From positions 384,001 to 448,000 of the forward strand of contig CAWJIM010000023.1 in NCBI GenBank assembly GCA_963842945.1: DNA of 64,000 nt, read 5' to 3'. This DNA is from an uncultured Gemmatimonadales bacterium (GTDB taxonomy: Bacteria > Gemmatimonadota > Gemmatimonadetes > Gemmatimonadales > GWC2-71-9). The notes under the pieces were generated by a model. The model did no database searches. It was not told the DNA's origin and worked only from the letters and a program-made list of their open reading frames with translations. Position 1 is the stretch's first letter. Each line of letters begins with the position of its first letter. This document shows, one piece after another, positions 40,589 to 51,051 of this stretch. The translations under genes and the position numbers were made by a program.

Positions 40589-40675
40589 ACTCTTTACATT
40601 GCCTTGCCTGTCGTCACACGTGGCAACTTTCAGCGGTGACCGCGCAACCGGCGGCCCGGAACGCGATCGGAGCAC

Positions 40676-42178
40676 GTGAGCCACATTCTGAGCAAGAAAG
40701 CACTCATCAGCTCGACCGTCAGCGGAGTCGGTGCCCAATACACCGGCGCCATGATCACCGGCGTCGGCCAGGTGGTCGTGACCGCGGCATTGGCGCGCCT
40801 GCTCACGCCCGCGGATTACGGTTTGGCCGGGCTGGCCGCAGTCTATGTGGGGCTCGCCGCAATCCTCGCACAGTTTGGTATCGGCCCCGCCTTGATCCAA
40901 CGGTCGGAGCTGACGCCGAGAATCATCCGCGCCGGCTTCACCGCGACCGTGCTGATCGGCTTCCTGACCACCGCTCTGGTATGGCTGACCGCCCCGTGGG
41001 CTGCCCGGCTGCTGGGAGATCCGGCTCTGACTCCGATCATTCGCGGGCTCAGCTTCACCTTCGTGCTGGCCAATCCCGGTTTTGTGGCCGCGGGCCTGAG
41101 CGAGCGGAGTTTGGCCTGGCGCAGGCTGATGTGGGTCGAGGTTGCGGCGTTCATGGTGGGCTACGCGTTGCCCGCTCTGGTGCTTGCTGCCGCCGGATTC
41201 GGGGTGTGGGCCATCGTCGGAAGTAGCCTGGGCCAGAACCTGGTACGCTCGGCCGTTCTCCTGAAGCTCCAGCCCCACCCCAAGTGGCCTCGGATCGGCC
41301 CGGAGATCCGCGAGCTGCTTCGCTTTGGTTCTGGTTTCACGCTGGCGCGCGCGTTCAACTACGGCGCCGTCCAAGGCGATAACCTGGTGGTCGGTCGAGT
41401 TCTCGGCATCCTGGCATTAGGCTACTACAGCCGGGCCTTCAAACTCATGATGATCCTGGTAACGTACTTTGCCATAGTCGTCACCAAGGTTCTGTTCCCC
41501 GTCATGTCTCGGCTCCAGGGCCAGCCGGAGCGACTCCGATCCACCTACCTCACCGGGGCCGCGGTACTCGGAATGGTCAGCGCTCCGCTCGGGGCCCTGA
41601 TGGTGGTTACCGCGCCGGAGATTGTTGTGGTCATGCTGGGCCCGAGGTGGATCCCTGCCATTGTGCCGTTTCAGATTCTGACCGCGGGCATCATGTTCCG
41701 AAACGTGTACCTCATGGCATACTGCCTGGACGGCGCCCTGGGACGCATGCGCAACCGGACGGTGCGTGACGGCATCTACGCACTCGCGGTCATCGTGGCC
41801 AGTCTGATCGGCGCCCGATACGGATTGACCGGGGTGGCCACTGGAGTAGTTCTGGCGATCGCTATCAACTACTTCATCGGTGCGGCGATGAGTCTCAAAC
41901 TGCTCGGCGCGAGCTGGCGCGAGTACGCTCACTCGCAGGCCCCGGGCATCGGATTGGGGCTGCTCACGGCGGTTGTAGCCTATACGCTTCGGCTGGCGCT
42001 CATTGCTGCGGGAGCCGGCCCGTTTCTGCGGTTAATGCTCACTGGGGCCGTCACGCTGAGTTTGATTGGCGCGCTGTGCTGGATCTACCCAGCATTTGCC
42101 GGCCGGTACGGGAGCATGGCCCTGCGGCACCTCACCTCGGAGATCGGTTCCCGAATTCTCAAACGGGAGCCGGCATAG
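40676..42178 (+). CDS. Wzx-type polysaccharide flippase
   Basis: LARLLTPADYG, ALIQR, GDNLVVG, LGYYSRA, many TM segments. Confidence 0.9.
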   Translation: MSHILSKKALISSTVSGVGAQYTGAMITGVGQVVVTAALARLLTPADYGLAGLAAVYVGLAAILAQFGIGPALIQRSELTPRIIRAGFTATVLIGFLTTALVWLTAPWAARLLGDPALTPIIRGLSFTFVLANPGFVAAGLSERSLAWRRLMWVEVAAFMVGYALPALVLAAAGFGVWAIVGSSLGQNLVRSAVLLKLQPHPKWPRIGPEIRELLRFGSGFTLARAFNYGAVQGDNLVVGRVLGILALGYYSRAFKLMMILVTYFAIVVTKVLFPVMSRLQGQPERLRSTYLTGAAVLGMVSAPLGALMVVTAPEIVVVMLGPRWIPAIVPFQILTAGIMFRNVYLMAYCLDGALGRMRNRTVRDGIYALAVIVASLIGARYGLTGVATGVVLAIAINYFIGAAMSLKLLGASWREYAHSQAPGIGLGLLTAVVAYTLRLALIAAGAGPFLRLMLTGAVTLSLIGALCWIYPAFAGRYGSMALRHLTSEIGSRILKREPA

Positions 42179-42353
42179 CTCAGCCATTGACTCGCTACCC
42201 GGTGCCCCGAAGGCCCGATAGACGCGTCGCTTTAGGTTCGCGCCAAATCCCTGATGGAGTGCAGCAGGTTGGCAACGCTGTGGCCGTTAGACTCCAGAGG
42301 CAGTTGGGACGAATGGCCGACGGCAGGCCGCGGTGTGTGACCGGCAAAGGAGA

Positions 42354-43334
42354 TCAGAGGTATCCCATCTGCCGGTACCAGGCACCGGTGAGCCGAAGAC
42401 CCTGATCGAGCTCTATGCGAGGTTCGTAGCCCAGCTCTCGTTTGGCGCGGGAGATGTCGAACGCCCGGTTCTGGCGATACCAGTCCACTCGCCGGGGAAA
42501 GATCGGCGGCGTGATGCCGAGGGGACGGCAGATTTTCTCCATGACGTGACCTAGGGCCACAATCGGAAGAACGGGATAGTGCGGGATTCGAACGGCAACA
42601 TCGAGAGCCCGCGCAACCGCCTGGACGATCTCCTCGATCGAGTAGTACTTCTCGTCGGCGATCAGATATTCCCGCCCGCTTCCCACTCCCGGTGGCATGC
42701 ACAGCACAAATGCGTCTATCAGATTGTCGATGTAGAGCGGGTGGTACAACGTGCGCCCGGAGCCGAACATCGGGAAGGTGCCATTGGCCACCCGCCGGAA
42801 GATCATGAAGAACCGCTCGGGATCACCCGGGCCGTAGATGGCGGCAGGACGAAGGATGACCACCTCCAGATCTCCCGCCTCGTGTTTGACCAGCGGCTCG
42901 GCTTCGTACTTGGTGCGCTGGTAGTAATCCGCCGGGCGAACAGGAGCATCCTCATTGGCCGGCGGGTGCTGGACATTCCCATGCACACCGCAGGTGCTGC
43001 AGTAGACGAACTTGCGCACCCCGGCCTGGCGCGCGGCATGCAGAACGTTGCGGGTGCCCTCGACATTGACCTCGTCGTAGAACGAATTCGGCACGTTCAG
43101 CTCGCGAAAGGCGGCGGCGAGATGAAACACGAAATCCACGGCGTTCATGCTGCGCTTCACTGCAAGAGGATCGGTCACCGATCCGATCTGCACCTCGGCC
43201 CCCTGGGAGCGGAGCGTGTCAGACTGCAGCCCCTCCTTATAGTCAAAGGCGACCACAGAGTGGCCCATGACGAGCAGCCGCTGGACCAGCGCCGTCCCGG
43301 AAAACCCTGTGCCCCCCGTTACCAGAATCCTCAT
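42354..43334 (-). CDS. NAD-dependent epimerase/dehydratase, paralog of 34858..35853
   Basis: TGGTGFSG, YQRTK, RPAAIYG. Confidence 0.92.
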   Translation of the reverse strand: MRILVTGGTGFSGTALVQRLLVMGHSVVAFDYKEGLQSDTLRSQGAEVQIGSVTDPLAVKRSMNAVDFVFHLAAAFRELNVPNSFYDEVNVEGTRNVLHAARQAGVRKFVYCSTCGVHGNVQHPPANEDAPVRPADYYQRTKYEAEPLVKHEAGDLEVVILRPAAIYGPGDPERFFMIFRRVANGTFPMFGSGRTLYHPLYIDNLIDAFVLCMPPGVGSGREYLIADEKYYSIEEIVQAVARALDVAVRIPHYPVLPIVALGHVMEKICRPLGITPPIFPRRVDWYRQNRAFDISRAKRELGYEPRIELDQGLRLTGAWYRQMGYL

Positions 43335-43451
43335 ACGCTACCAAATGGTGAGGGTTGCGATCCGCCGGATTGTAAGTGACTATCAGCCATTCAGGTAGCC
43401 AAGCGCCGGGCTCCGGTGGACAGGCCTCCGGCCGGGACCTAGCTTCCGAAC

Positions 43452-44204
43452 ATGACGGGCAACGGCCGATACGAGGATGGCTTGGTGGAGGATGCTGACA
43501 TTGCCACCTCGTCGGAAGATTACGCTCGGCGGTTTACCGGCGCAGCAGGGCGCTGGTTCGTCGAGACCCAAACCCGCATAACGCTCGGCTTTCTCAGCAC
43601 CCTTCCGGTGGGCTCTTCAATCCTGGACGTGGGTGGCGGGCATGCTCAGATAACTCCGCCGCTGCTCAAGGCGGGATATGAGGTCACGGTCGTCGGCAGC
43701 GACCCTTCTTGTGGCGTCCGGCTTCAGCCCTGGCTTGCCAATGGCCGGTGCAAGTTCGAGGTGGCCGATCTGCGGGCGCTCCCCTACCTCGATCGTTCCT
43801 TCGATGCGGTAGTCTGTTTGCGGCTACTCCCTCACAGTGTCGACTGGACTGGGTTGATCGGTGAGTTGTGTCGGGTGGCATCGCGCTCGGTGCTCCTTGA
43901 TTATCCCTCGGTGCGCAGCGTCAACATTGTCGCGGAGAGATTTTTCGAGGTCAAGAAAGGGATCGAGCTGAACACCCGGCGTTTCCTGACGTTTTCGCCC
44001 CGCCAGATCCGCGCTGCCTTCGCGGATCACAGCTTCGCCGTGCGCGCAGAGCAGCCGCAATTTCTCTGGCCGATGGTGCTGCACCGCTTGGCCAACCAGT
44101 CACTTCTGAGCAGGGCCGCCGAAGTGCCCGGCCGCTGGCTCGGTCTCACCCGCCGATTCGGTTCACCGGTGATCGTGCGGGCCGATCGCCGGGCCGCCGG
44201 ATAA
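43452..44204 (+). CDS. Class I SAM-dependent methyltransferase
   Basis: ILDVGGGHA, ADLRALPY, SFDAV. Confidence 0.87.
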   Translation: MTGNGRYEDGLVEDADIATSSEDYARRFTGAAGRWFVETQTRITLGFLSTLPVGSSILDVGGGHAQITPPLLKAGYEVTVVGSDPSCGVRLQPWLANGRCKFEVADLRALPYLDRSFDAVVCLRLLPHSVDWTGLIGELCRVASRSVLLDYPSVRSVNIVAERFFEVKKGIELNTRRFLTFSPRQIRAAFADHSFAVRAEQPQFLWPMVLHRLANQSLLSRAAEVPGRWLGLTRRFGSPVIVRADRRAAG

Positions 44205-44254
44205 CAGCGGCCTGGTTCGCTGCCCACTTCAGCAACCTCTCCACTCCAGCCACC

Positions 44255-45511
44255 ATGTCGCGTCCAATCGGACGGTTTCTGGCCTGCGCCGGCCTTCTGT
44301 TCATCGCCCTGGCCACACTGGTGCCCATCCCGCAGCAGGAATTGGCGGCCCGCCTAACCCCTTGGTGGTGCCTCATATGTGGGGAGCATGGTGGCCAGGA
44401 CGTGGTGAACAATGTTCTGCTGTTCATTCCCTTTGCGCTGGGTCTGCGGCTCGCCGGGTTGCCCTCGCGCGCCGTCGTTGCCACCGGTGGCCTTGTCTCG
44501 CTCGGCATCGAGCTCCTGCAATGGAGCGTCGTGCCCGGACGGGACGCGAGCCTGAGCGACGTGCTTACGAACACCATGGGGAGTCTGGTCGGCGCAACCC
44601 TCGCCTCGCACGGGGTTCAGCTGCTGCGGCCGACTGGGCCGACGGTGGTGCGCCTTGCCGGCTGCTGGGGTGCCCTGTGGCTCACCGTTCAGATTGGGAG
44701 CGCCCTCCTGCTTCAGCCCTGGGCACCGGCAGACCAACTGCGGGGATTCTGGGCGCGCCGGGTCTTGGGACACCGCCCATTCGAGGGTGAGGTGGTTTCG
44801 GCGAATCTCTTGGGGGCTCCGATTCCCACCGATTCCCAGCCTCTCACTCCTGAGATGGCGCGACAGATCCGGACCGGACGCTTCGACCTGCAGCTTCGCC
44901 TGCGATCCGGCCGTTCGGGGAAACGGTCCTCAGTGGTCGAGGTGCTGGGTCCGAGGGGTTCAGTAATAGCGATCGAGGCCAACGGTGGAGACCTCGCGTT
45001 CCAACCGCCCATGCGATCGTCTCTCCTTCGCCTGGCAAGGCCAGCCCTTCGGATTCCTGGCGCCCTGAGCTCGCCACCCGGCAGCGTGCTCACTCTTGTG
45101 GCACGGGACCGGGGGTTCGCGCTGGAGGCCGAATGGACCAGTTCCGGCCTGACCCAGCGGGCCCGCCAGGCCCTTGGTCCGAGCCTCGGCTGGAGCCTGC
45201 TGGCGCCCTTTCGACACACCTATGGGCGGGGCACCTCCGTCATCACCTTGGTCTGGCTGGCCGCCTGGCTCCTCCCGCTTGGGTACTGGACGCCGCACGT
45301 CTCGGGGAGACCTTTCCTTAGTTGGGGTGCTGTGCTCCTGCTGGTTGCTCTCGGAGTTGGACTGGTCCCGCTCCTGACGGGCTATGCGCCGGCCAGGTTC
45401 TCCGAGTGGCTGGGAGCTCTGCTGGGGCTCGCTGCCGGAGCGGCCGGGTACTGGGGCACGACTTATTTTGAGGCGAGATGCGACTCTCTTTCCACCAGAG
45501 AATCCTCCTGA
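44255..45511 (+). CDS. VanZ-family membrane protein with long C-terminal extension
   Basis: DVVNNVLLFIPF, SLGIELLQ, GRDASLSDVLTNTMG. Confidence 0.82.
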   Translation: MSRPIGRFLACAGLLFIALATLVPIPQQELAARLTPWWCLICGEHGGQDVVNNVLLFIPFALGLRLAGLPSRAVVATGGLVSLGIELLQWSVVPGRDASLSDVLTNTMGSLVGATLASHGVQLLRPTGPTVVRLAGCWGALWLTVQIGSALLLQPWAPADQLRGFWARRVLGHRPFEGEVVSANLLGAPIPTDSQPLTPEMARQIRTGRFDLQLRLRSGRSGKRSSVVEVLGPRGSVIAIEANGGDLAFQPPMRSSLLRLARPALRIPGALSSPPGSVLTLVARDRGFALEAEWTSSGLTQRARQALGPSLGWSLLAPFRHTYGRGTSVITLVWLAAWLLPLGYWTPHVSGRPFLSWGAVLLLVALGVGLVPLLTGYAPARFSEWLGALLGLAAGAAGYWGTTYFEARCDSLSTRESS

Positions 45512-46665
45512 TCCTGATCTGCCTGGGGGCGGTGCCAACCGCACTCGCCATGCTTGGGTGGGGTCTGACCCTGCGCTCGACAACCCAGGCGCCCGGGCCT
45601 CGTGATGCAATCGAAGGCGTGGCGCAATCAGGCCGGGTGCTGCTGCGCAGCATAGACTCCACCAGACTGCAGCCGACTGAACGCCATGCTCTCGCCGATC
45701 ACGCCACCAAGCTGAACACCGCGATCGGCCAGTTTCAGCGCGCCGACACCTTCAACCGGTACTATTACGCCGGCCTCGGTATTCTCATCCTTCTGCTGGG
45801 TGGGGCCTTTCTGTACGCCTCGGTGCGGTTCGGCGGGCACCTGTCTCGCCAGCTCAGCCGCCCCATCGAGGAGTTGATCGGGTGGACCGGAAATATCCGG
45901 CGGATGGAGCCGCTGCCGCCTGACAGCCCACGGCGGGGCGCTCCCGAGTTTACTGCCCTCCGAACAGCCCTCCGCGAAATGGCCGGTGGTCTCGAGCGGG
46001 CCCGAATGCAGGAGATCGAGGCGGAGCGGCTGCGAGCATTTCGGGAGACCGCCAGGCGGGTCGCACACGAGATGCGTAACCCGCTGACTCCGATCCGCCT
46101 GGCCATAGCTCAGCTGAGCCGATCGGCCGCTCCGGAGCAGGCCGAGGCCATCGACGTATTGGCCGCGGAGTCGGATCGGCTGGAGCAACTCGCCCGCGAG
46201 TTCACCGAATTCGGACGCCTGCCGGAAGGCCCGGCCGCTCCGGTCGACTTCACCGAGCTCCTGGCCGAGCTGACTCGCACTTCACTCCCACCCAGTATGA
46301 CCGCACGGCTGGAGCTCGACCCCAGAACACCCGTGCTGCTCGGCTACTACGACCCACTGCGCCGCGCGTTCAGCAACATTCTCCGAAATGCCGCTGAAGC
46401 GTGCGAGGGCAAAGGCGAGCTGGAGATCGTGGCCGCACCGTACAACGGCGGCGGAGTTCGAATCGAAATTCGGGACCACGGTCCGGGCGTTCCGCCGGAG
46501 ATGGCGCAGCACATCTTCGATCCCTATTGCACCGGTAAGCCGGGCGGGACCGGCCTTGGCCTCGCGCTGGTGAAGCAGACCATCGAAATGCATGGGGGCT
46601 CCATCGAGGTGGGCGACACGCCGGGGGGCGGCGCCACGTTCGTAGTTCAGATGGCGCCGACATGA
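45478..46665 (+). CDS. Membrane sensor histidine kinase (NtrY-like)
   Basis: Two TMs, HAMP-like region, VAHEMRNPL, NILRNA, DHGPG, GTGLGL. Confidence 0.92.
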   Translation: MRLSFHQRILLILICLGAVPTALAMLGWGLTLRSTTQAPGPRDAIEGVAQSGRVLLRSIDSTRLQPTERHALADHATKLNTAIGQFQRADTFNRYYYAGLGILILLLGGAFLYASVRFGGHLSRQLSRPIEELIGWTGNIRRMEPLPPDSPRRGAPEFTALRTALREMAGGLERARMQEIEAERLRAFRETARRVAHEMRNPLTPIRLAIAQLSRSAAPEQAEAIDVLAAESDRLEQLAREFTEFGRLPEGPAAPVDFTELLAELTRTSLPPSMTARLELDPRTPVLLGYYDPLRRAFSNILRNAAEACEGKGELEIVAAPYNGGGVRIEIRDHGPGVPPEMAQHIFDPYCTGKPGGTGLGLALVKQTIEMHGGSIEVGDTPGGGATFVVQMAPT

Positions 46666-48038
46666 GTGACGGGGCTCAGGTCCTGCTGGTGGATGATGAG
46701 GCCAACATTCGCCGGATGCTTGGAGCCCTCCTTCGAACCGAAGGGTTCGTGGTGACTGAGGCGCCGAACGGGAACTCCGCCTTATTGTTGCTCGACGAGA
46801 TCGATCCCGACGTGGTGCTGCTCGATCTTCTCATGCCGCCGGGGCCCGATGGGCTGGAGACTCTCACCCAGCTGCGGGACCGCGGAACCGGAGCACCGGT
46901 CATCATGATGAGCGGCAAAGCCCAGCTCACCGACGCGGTTCGGGCGGTGAAGCTCGGGGCCTTTCAGTTTCTGGAGAAGCCGCTCAGCCCCGAGGCGGTG
47001 CTGGTCACGGTTCGAGCAGCGCTCGAGCTCAATCGAACCCGAGCGCAAAACCGCGCTCTCCAGGAAGAGCTGGGCCGCCGGTCAACTCTCATCGGGGAAG
47101 GCCCGGCCATGCAGCAGGTGCGAGCTCTGATTGCACGGGTGGCCCCCACCGAAGCGCGGGTACTCATTACCGGTGAGTCCGGTACCGGGAAAGAGCTGGT
47201 TGCCGCGGCCATTCACGGGTCCAGCCGCCGAAAGGGCCGGCCGTTCATCACCGTGAATTGCGCGGCGATTCCGCGGGATCTGGTGGAGTCGGAGATGTTC
47301 GGACATGAGCGCGGGGCGTTTACCGGCGCCACCGAACGCCGGCTGGGGCGCTTCGAGCTGGCGCACGGGGGGACCCTGTTCCTCGACGAAGTCGGCGATC
47401 TGAGCCAGGAGGCTCAGGCCAAGCTGCTCCGGACTCTGGAGACTGGTGAGCTGCAGCGGATCGGAGCTGAAGCCACCACCCGGATCGATGCCCGGGCTAT
47501 TGCAGCCACCAATCGTCAGCTGGGCGACGCCGTCCAGCACGGAGCTTTCCGGGAAGACCTCTTTTTCCGGCTGAATGTATTCCCAATCGAGATTCCTCCG
47601 TTGCGGGAGCGGCTGGAGGACCTTCCTGCCCTCGTTTCCCACTTGGCGGAGCGAGTCAGGCCAGGTCACGCCGTGAGCTTTACCGAGGCGGCGCTCGCCG
47701 CCCTGTCGGGGTATTCCTGGCCCGGCAACATACGGGAGCTGGCCAATCTGGTTGAACGTCTCAGCATTCTGAGCGGACCGGTGATCGATGCATCGGCGGT
47801 TCGCCAGGTGCTCCGTGGGGGAAATTCGTCGGCTCCAGTCAATCAGCAGTCGGCCCTGTTGGGCCGTTCTCTGACGGATGCGCTGGACGAGTACGAACGG
47901 GAGCTCATCACCGCCGCACTTACTCAGGCGCAGGGGAACATGGCCGAGGCCGCGCGGATCCTCCAGACCGACCGGGCCAACCTCTATCGGCGGATGCGCC
48001 GGCTAGGGGTGGAAAAGAGCGCCGAGGTCGAGCTGTAA
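46662..48038 (+). CDS. Sigma-54-dependent response regulator (NtrX/AtoC-like)
   Basis: VDDE, GESGTGKE, GAFTGA, WPGNIREL, C-terminal HTH. Confidence 0.95.
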   Translation: MSDGAQVLLVDDEANIRRMLGALLRTEGFVVTEAPNGNSALLLLDEIDPDVVLLDLLMPPGPDGLETLTQLRDRGTGAPVIMMSGKAQLTDAVRAVKLGAFQFLEKPLSPEAVLVTVRAALELNRTRAQNRALQEELGRRSTLIGEGPAMQQVRALIARVAPTEARVLITGESGTGKELVAAAIHGSSRRKGRPFITVNCAAIPRDLVESEMFGHERGAFTGATERRLGRFELAHGGTLFLDEVGDLSQEAQAKLLRTLETGELQRIGAEATTRIDARAIAATNRQLGDAVQHGAFREDLFFRLNVFPIEIPPLRERLEDLPALVSHLAERVRPGHAVSFTEAALAALSGYSWPGNIRELANLVERLSILSGPVIDASAVRQVLRGGNSSAPVNQQSALLGRSLTDALDEYERELITAALTQAQGNMAEAARILQTDRANLYRRMRRLGVEKSAEVEL

Positions 48039-48064
48039 ATCCCTTCAGCTGCGAGACCCGTTCC

Positions 48065-49798
48065 ATGCGTCTGACCATCGCGGGGCTGCTGCTCGCCCTT
48101 GCCGGGCCAGTGTGGGCTCAGGACAGCGTTATCGTCATCGACCCCAATGCGCGCCCGAGCGATTCGTTCGTGCGCGGTGGCCCGCCGGCAGATGTGGTCA
48201 CCGACCTGATTGCCTTCTACAACGACTCCGCCACCACCCGGATGCAGGGCGACGTCACTATTCCCGCCGGCACCAGGATCGACGGGAAACTGGCCCTGTA
48301 CGGCGGGTCCTTGACGATCGCCGGACGAGTTGCCGGACCCGTCGCGGTCGCCAATGGAACGCTGTATCTGCTGCCCGGATCGGCGGTAGAAGGTGAGATT
48401 CTGGTCGTGGGAGGGCGGCTGCTCCGGTCCGAGCAGGTGCAGCATGCCGGTCCGGAACGGGTGTATTGGGATGCCGCGCCCGTGGTCAGGGGAAGTGATG
48501 GCCTGCTCGCATTGAGAGAGCGGCGGCGGCCGTTGGGCGAGATTGCCACCGCCAGCGCGACCTTCCAAACTGGGCGGATCCGCACCACGCTGTCGCTCTC
48601 CACCGGCGGCACCTACAACCGAATCGAGGGGCTTCCAGTCCACTTCGGCCCACTCTTCGAATTTCGTCCTTCCCCCAGCATCTATACCCGGCTCGACGCC
48701 CGGGGCATCCTCCGAACCGCGGGCCAGAGTACCGACTCGCGCAGCGATTTCGGGTACGTGGTCCGGGGCGACGTGCGCTTTGCCGGGGGCACCGAGTTTG
48801 GCCTGGGCGGCCGCCTCTACAGCGAAGTCGAGCCGATCGAAGACCAGCCCCTCTCTATTGGGGAAAACGGATGGGCGTCGTTTCTGCTGCAGCGGGACTA
48901 CCGCGACTACTACGAGCGACAAGGTTTCGCCGGCTCGGCCTACGTCCTACCGATCTCCACCCTTCGGCTGGAGCTCACTCTGGGCTGGGACGCGGAGACA
49001 TCGGTCCGCGCGAGCGATCCCTGGTCCCTATTTCGCAACAGTGACCGCTGGCGACGCAATCCCCTGATCGACGACGGGCACTACTTCAGCACCGGTTTTC
49101 TGGCCGAGTTCGACACCCGCAACGATCGGGACCTGCCCACCACCGGCTGGTGGCTGAGCGGACGATACGAGCATCTCACCAGCGACGATATCGCTCCGGT
49201 AGCGTTGCCGCCGGTCGTGCGCCCCCCACCCCCGACAGGAGGCGGCTACGGAACCGATCGGTTGTCCTTCGACCTTAGGCGCTACGCCAGACTCACGCCC
49301 TCGCTTCGGGTAAACGCGCGGGTCCTGGCCGACGGCTGGATTGCGGGAGACCGGCTCCCGCTTCAGCGACGGCTGTCCCTCGGCGGCACCGACGTGTTGC
49401 CCGGCTTCGACTTTCGAGCCTTCACTTGCGCACCAACCGGATTCAACGATCCGGCGCAGCCGGCGCTCTGCGACCGGTCAATCGCCACCCAGCTGGAAGT
49501 GCGTACCCACCTGAAGCTCAACCTGGGATACCGGATGCCTGAGCGCGGCCCCGAGAAGCCTGGCCGATTCATTGGCATCGAAGAGGCCGACCTGGTTTTT
49601 CTCAGCGACGCCGGAAAGTCCTGGCTTGCCGGTGACGGACCGGGACAGGTGCCGGTCAACCGGATTCCGGTTCTGAGCGAGTGGGCGCTCGACGTAGGGG
49701 TGGGGCTCGATGCCGGCGAGATCGCGGCGTACCTGGCGAAGAGTCTCACCTCGGGAGAGTCGGTGAAGTTTACCGTCAGGCTGCAGCGCCGCTTCTAG
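48065..49798 (+). CDS. Outer-membrane Omp85/BamA-TamA-like barrel protein with N-terminal beta-helix-like repeats
   Basis: Signal peptide, YNRIEG, DTRND, LSLGG..LPGF, C-terminal VRLQRRF. Confidence 0.7.
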   Translation: MRLTIAGLLLALAGPVWAQDSVIVIDPNARPSDSFVRGGPPADVVTDLIAFYNDSATTRMQGDVTIPAGTRIDGKLALYGGSLTIAGRVAGPVAVANGTLYLLPGSAVEGEILVVGGRLLRSEQVQHAGPERVYWDAAPVVRGSDGLLALRERRRPLGEIATASATFQTGRIRTTLSLSTGGTYNRIEGLPVHFGPLFEFRPSPSIYTRLDARGILRTAGQSTDSRSDFGYVVRGDVRFAGGTEFGLGGRLYSEVEPIEDQPLSIGENGWASFLLQRDYRDYYERQGFAGSAYVLPISTLRLELTLGWDAETSVRASDPWSLFRNSDRWRRNPLIDDGHYFSTGFLAEFDTRNDRDLPTTGWWLSGRYEHLTSDDIAPVALPPVVRPPPPTGGGYGTDRLSFDLRRYARLTPSLRVNARVLADGWIAGDRLPLQRRLSLGGTDVLPGFDFRAFTCAPTGFNDPAQPALCDRSIATQLEVRTHLKLNLGYRMPERGPEKPGRFIGIEEADLVFLSDAGKSWLAGDGPGQVPVNRIPVLSEWALDVGVGLDAGEIAAYLAKSLTSGESVKFTVRLQRRF

Positions 49799-50490
49799 TG
49801 TCGTTCTCGCCGGATCCGCTGCTGCGCTTTCTTCGATGGGGAACCTGTGCGATGGTGAGCGCCGGGTGCCTGTCCATGAGGCCTTTGCCACTGCTGGCTC
49901 AGGAGTCGGGCGACATTCGGTTGCTCATCTCGCTGGCCTCGGATTCCGCCCCAAATGGCTCCCGAGCCCCCATCGTACGATCGGAGAACATGCTGGAAGG
50001 CAACAACCGCTGGCTTTCCGCCCTGCGATCAGGGTTGCCCGTGCGTCTGCATTATCGCGTGGAGGTGTGGCGGTCGCGGGGGGCGTGGTTCGACAGCTTC
50101 GAGCGGCAGGCCGAATGGGATGTCCTGGTTCGGCACGAGCCATTGCTGGACCAGTACACCCTCGTCACCTTCGTCGGGAGAGCTCGTCAGGAGCGACGCT
50201 ACGCGACCATCGATGCCTTGGGCGCCGCGCTGGCCTTTGCCTACCAGGTTAACGTGAGGCCGGCCGAGCCCGGCCGCTACTACTACGCGGGAAGCCTGCA
50301 GGTCACCACGCTCTCAGACTCTGACCTGGATGAGCTGGAACGATTTCTGGCGGGAGATATGGGCCAGGCCGACCGGGACGGAAATTTGGGTGACGCACTG
50401 GGACGCGAAGCCACTCGATTCCTGCTCCGACTCGCGGGTCTCCCCAGCCTGAGACTGGAAGTGAGAAGCCCACCCTTTACGGTTCGCTGA
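49798..50490 (+). CDS. Exported protein, DUF4390-like
   Basis: LSALRSGLPVRLHYRVEVWRSRGAWFD, HEPLLDQY pattern; same operon as NtrYX-like pair; start uncertain. Confidence 0.55.
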   Translation: MSFSPDPLLRFLRWGTCAMVSAGCLSMRPLPLLAQESGDIRLLISLASDSAPNGSRAPIVRSENMLEGNNRWLSALRSGLPVRLHYRVEVWRSRGAWFDSFERQAEWDVLVRHEPLLDQYTLVTFVGRARQERRYATIDALGAALAFAYQVNVRPAEPGRYYYAGSLQVTTLSDSDLDELERFLAGDMGQADRDGNLGDALGREATRFLLRLAGLPSLRLEVRSPPFTVR

Positions 50491-50496
50491 ACTCCG

Positions 50497-51051
50497 CTAG
50501 ATCGTCCCACCCAACGCCCGCAGCGCCTCTTCACCATAGAAGAGCTTGATGTATTTGGCTTGGGTGACAGAAAGTCGGCGAACTGCCCAGGAGAGATGAA
50601 CGAAGTGCGGCTCGTGAGGTGGAACCGCCGGATGCATGCCGCATTCCTGCGGCAGGTGGTTCCCTTTGCGAGTGTTACAGGAACTGCAGGCGGTCACCAC
50701 ATTGCTCCAGTCGTTGTCACCGCCGCGGGAGAGCGGGATCAGGTGATCTCGGGTCAGGCACTCCCGATGCCGCAGATCCGATTGCCCACGGTGACAGTAC
50801 TGGCACCGGTAGCCATCGCGAGCAAAGAGGAATGTGTTGGTGACTTGACGACGGAAGCGGCGGGGAACGTGTACGAACTTGACGAGCCGGATTATTGCAG
50901 GTTTGGGAAGAACCAAACGTTCGCTTCGGACAACGTCGCCGTCATCCGACTCGACGATCTCGGCTTTTCCCTCGATGACCAACCTGAGGGCACGCCGTAC
51001 CGGGACCATGGTGAGCGGTTCAAACGAGGCGTTCAACGCCAGACACCGCAC
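50497..51051 (-). CDS. HNH endonuclease
   Basis: LALNASFEPL, RDGYRCQYC, TRDHLIPLSRGG, NVVTACSSCNTRKG. Confidence 0.93.
   Translation of the reverse strand: MRCLALNASFEPLTMVPVRRALRLVIEGKAEIVESDDGDVVRSERLVLPKPAIIRLVKFVHVPRRFRRQVTNTFLFARDGYRCQYCHRGQSDLRHRECLTRDHLIPLSRGGDNDWSNVVTACSSCNTRKGNHLPQECGMHPAVPPHEPHFVHLSWAVRRLSVTQAKYIKLFYGEEALRALGGTI

Noticed and set aside
50497..51051. HNH nuclease as a defence or mobile system
   Set aside because: Widespread stand-alone type; no repeats, DNA methylase, integrase or array nearby
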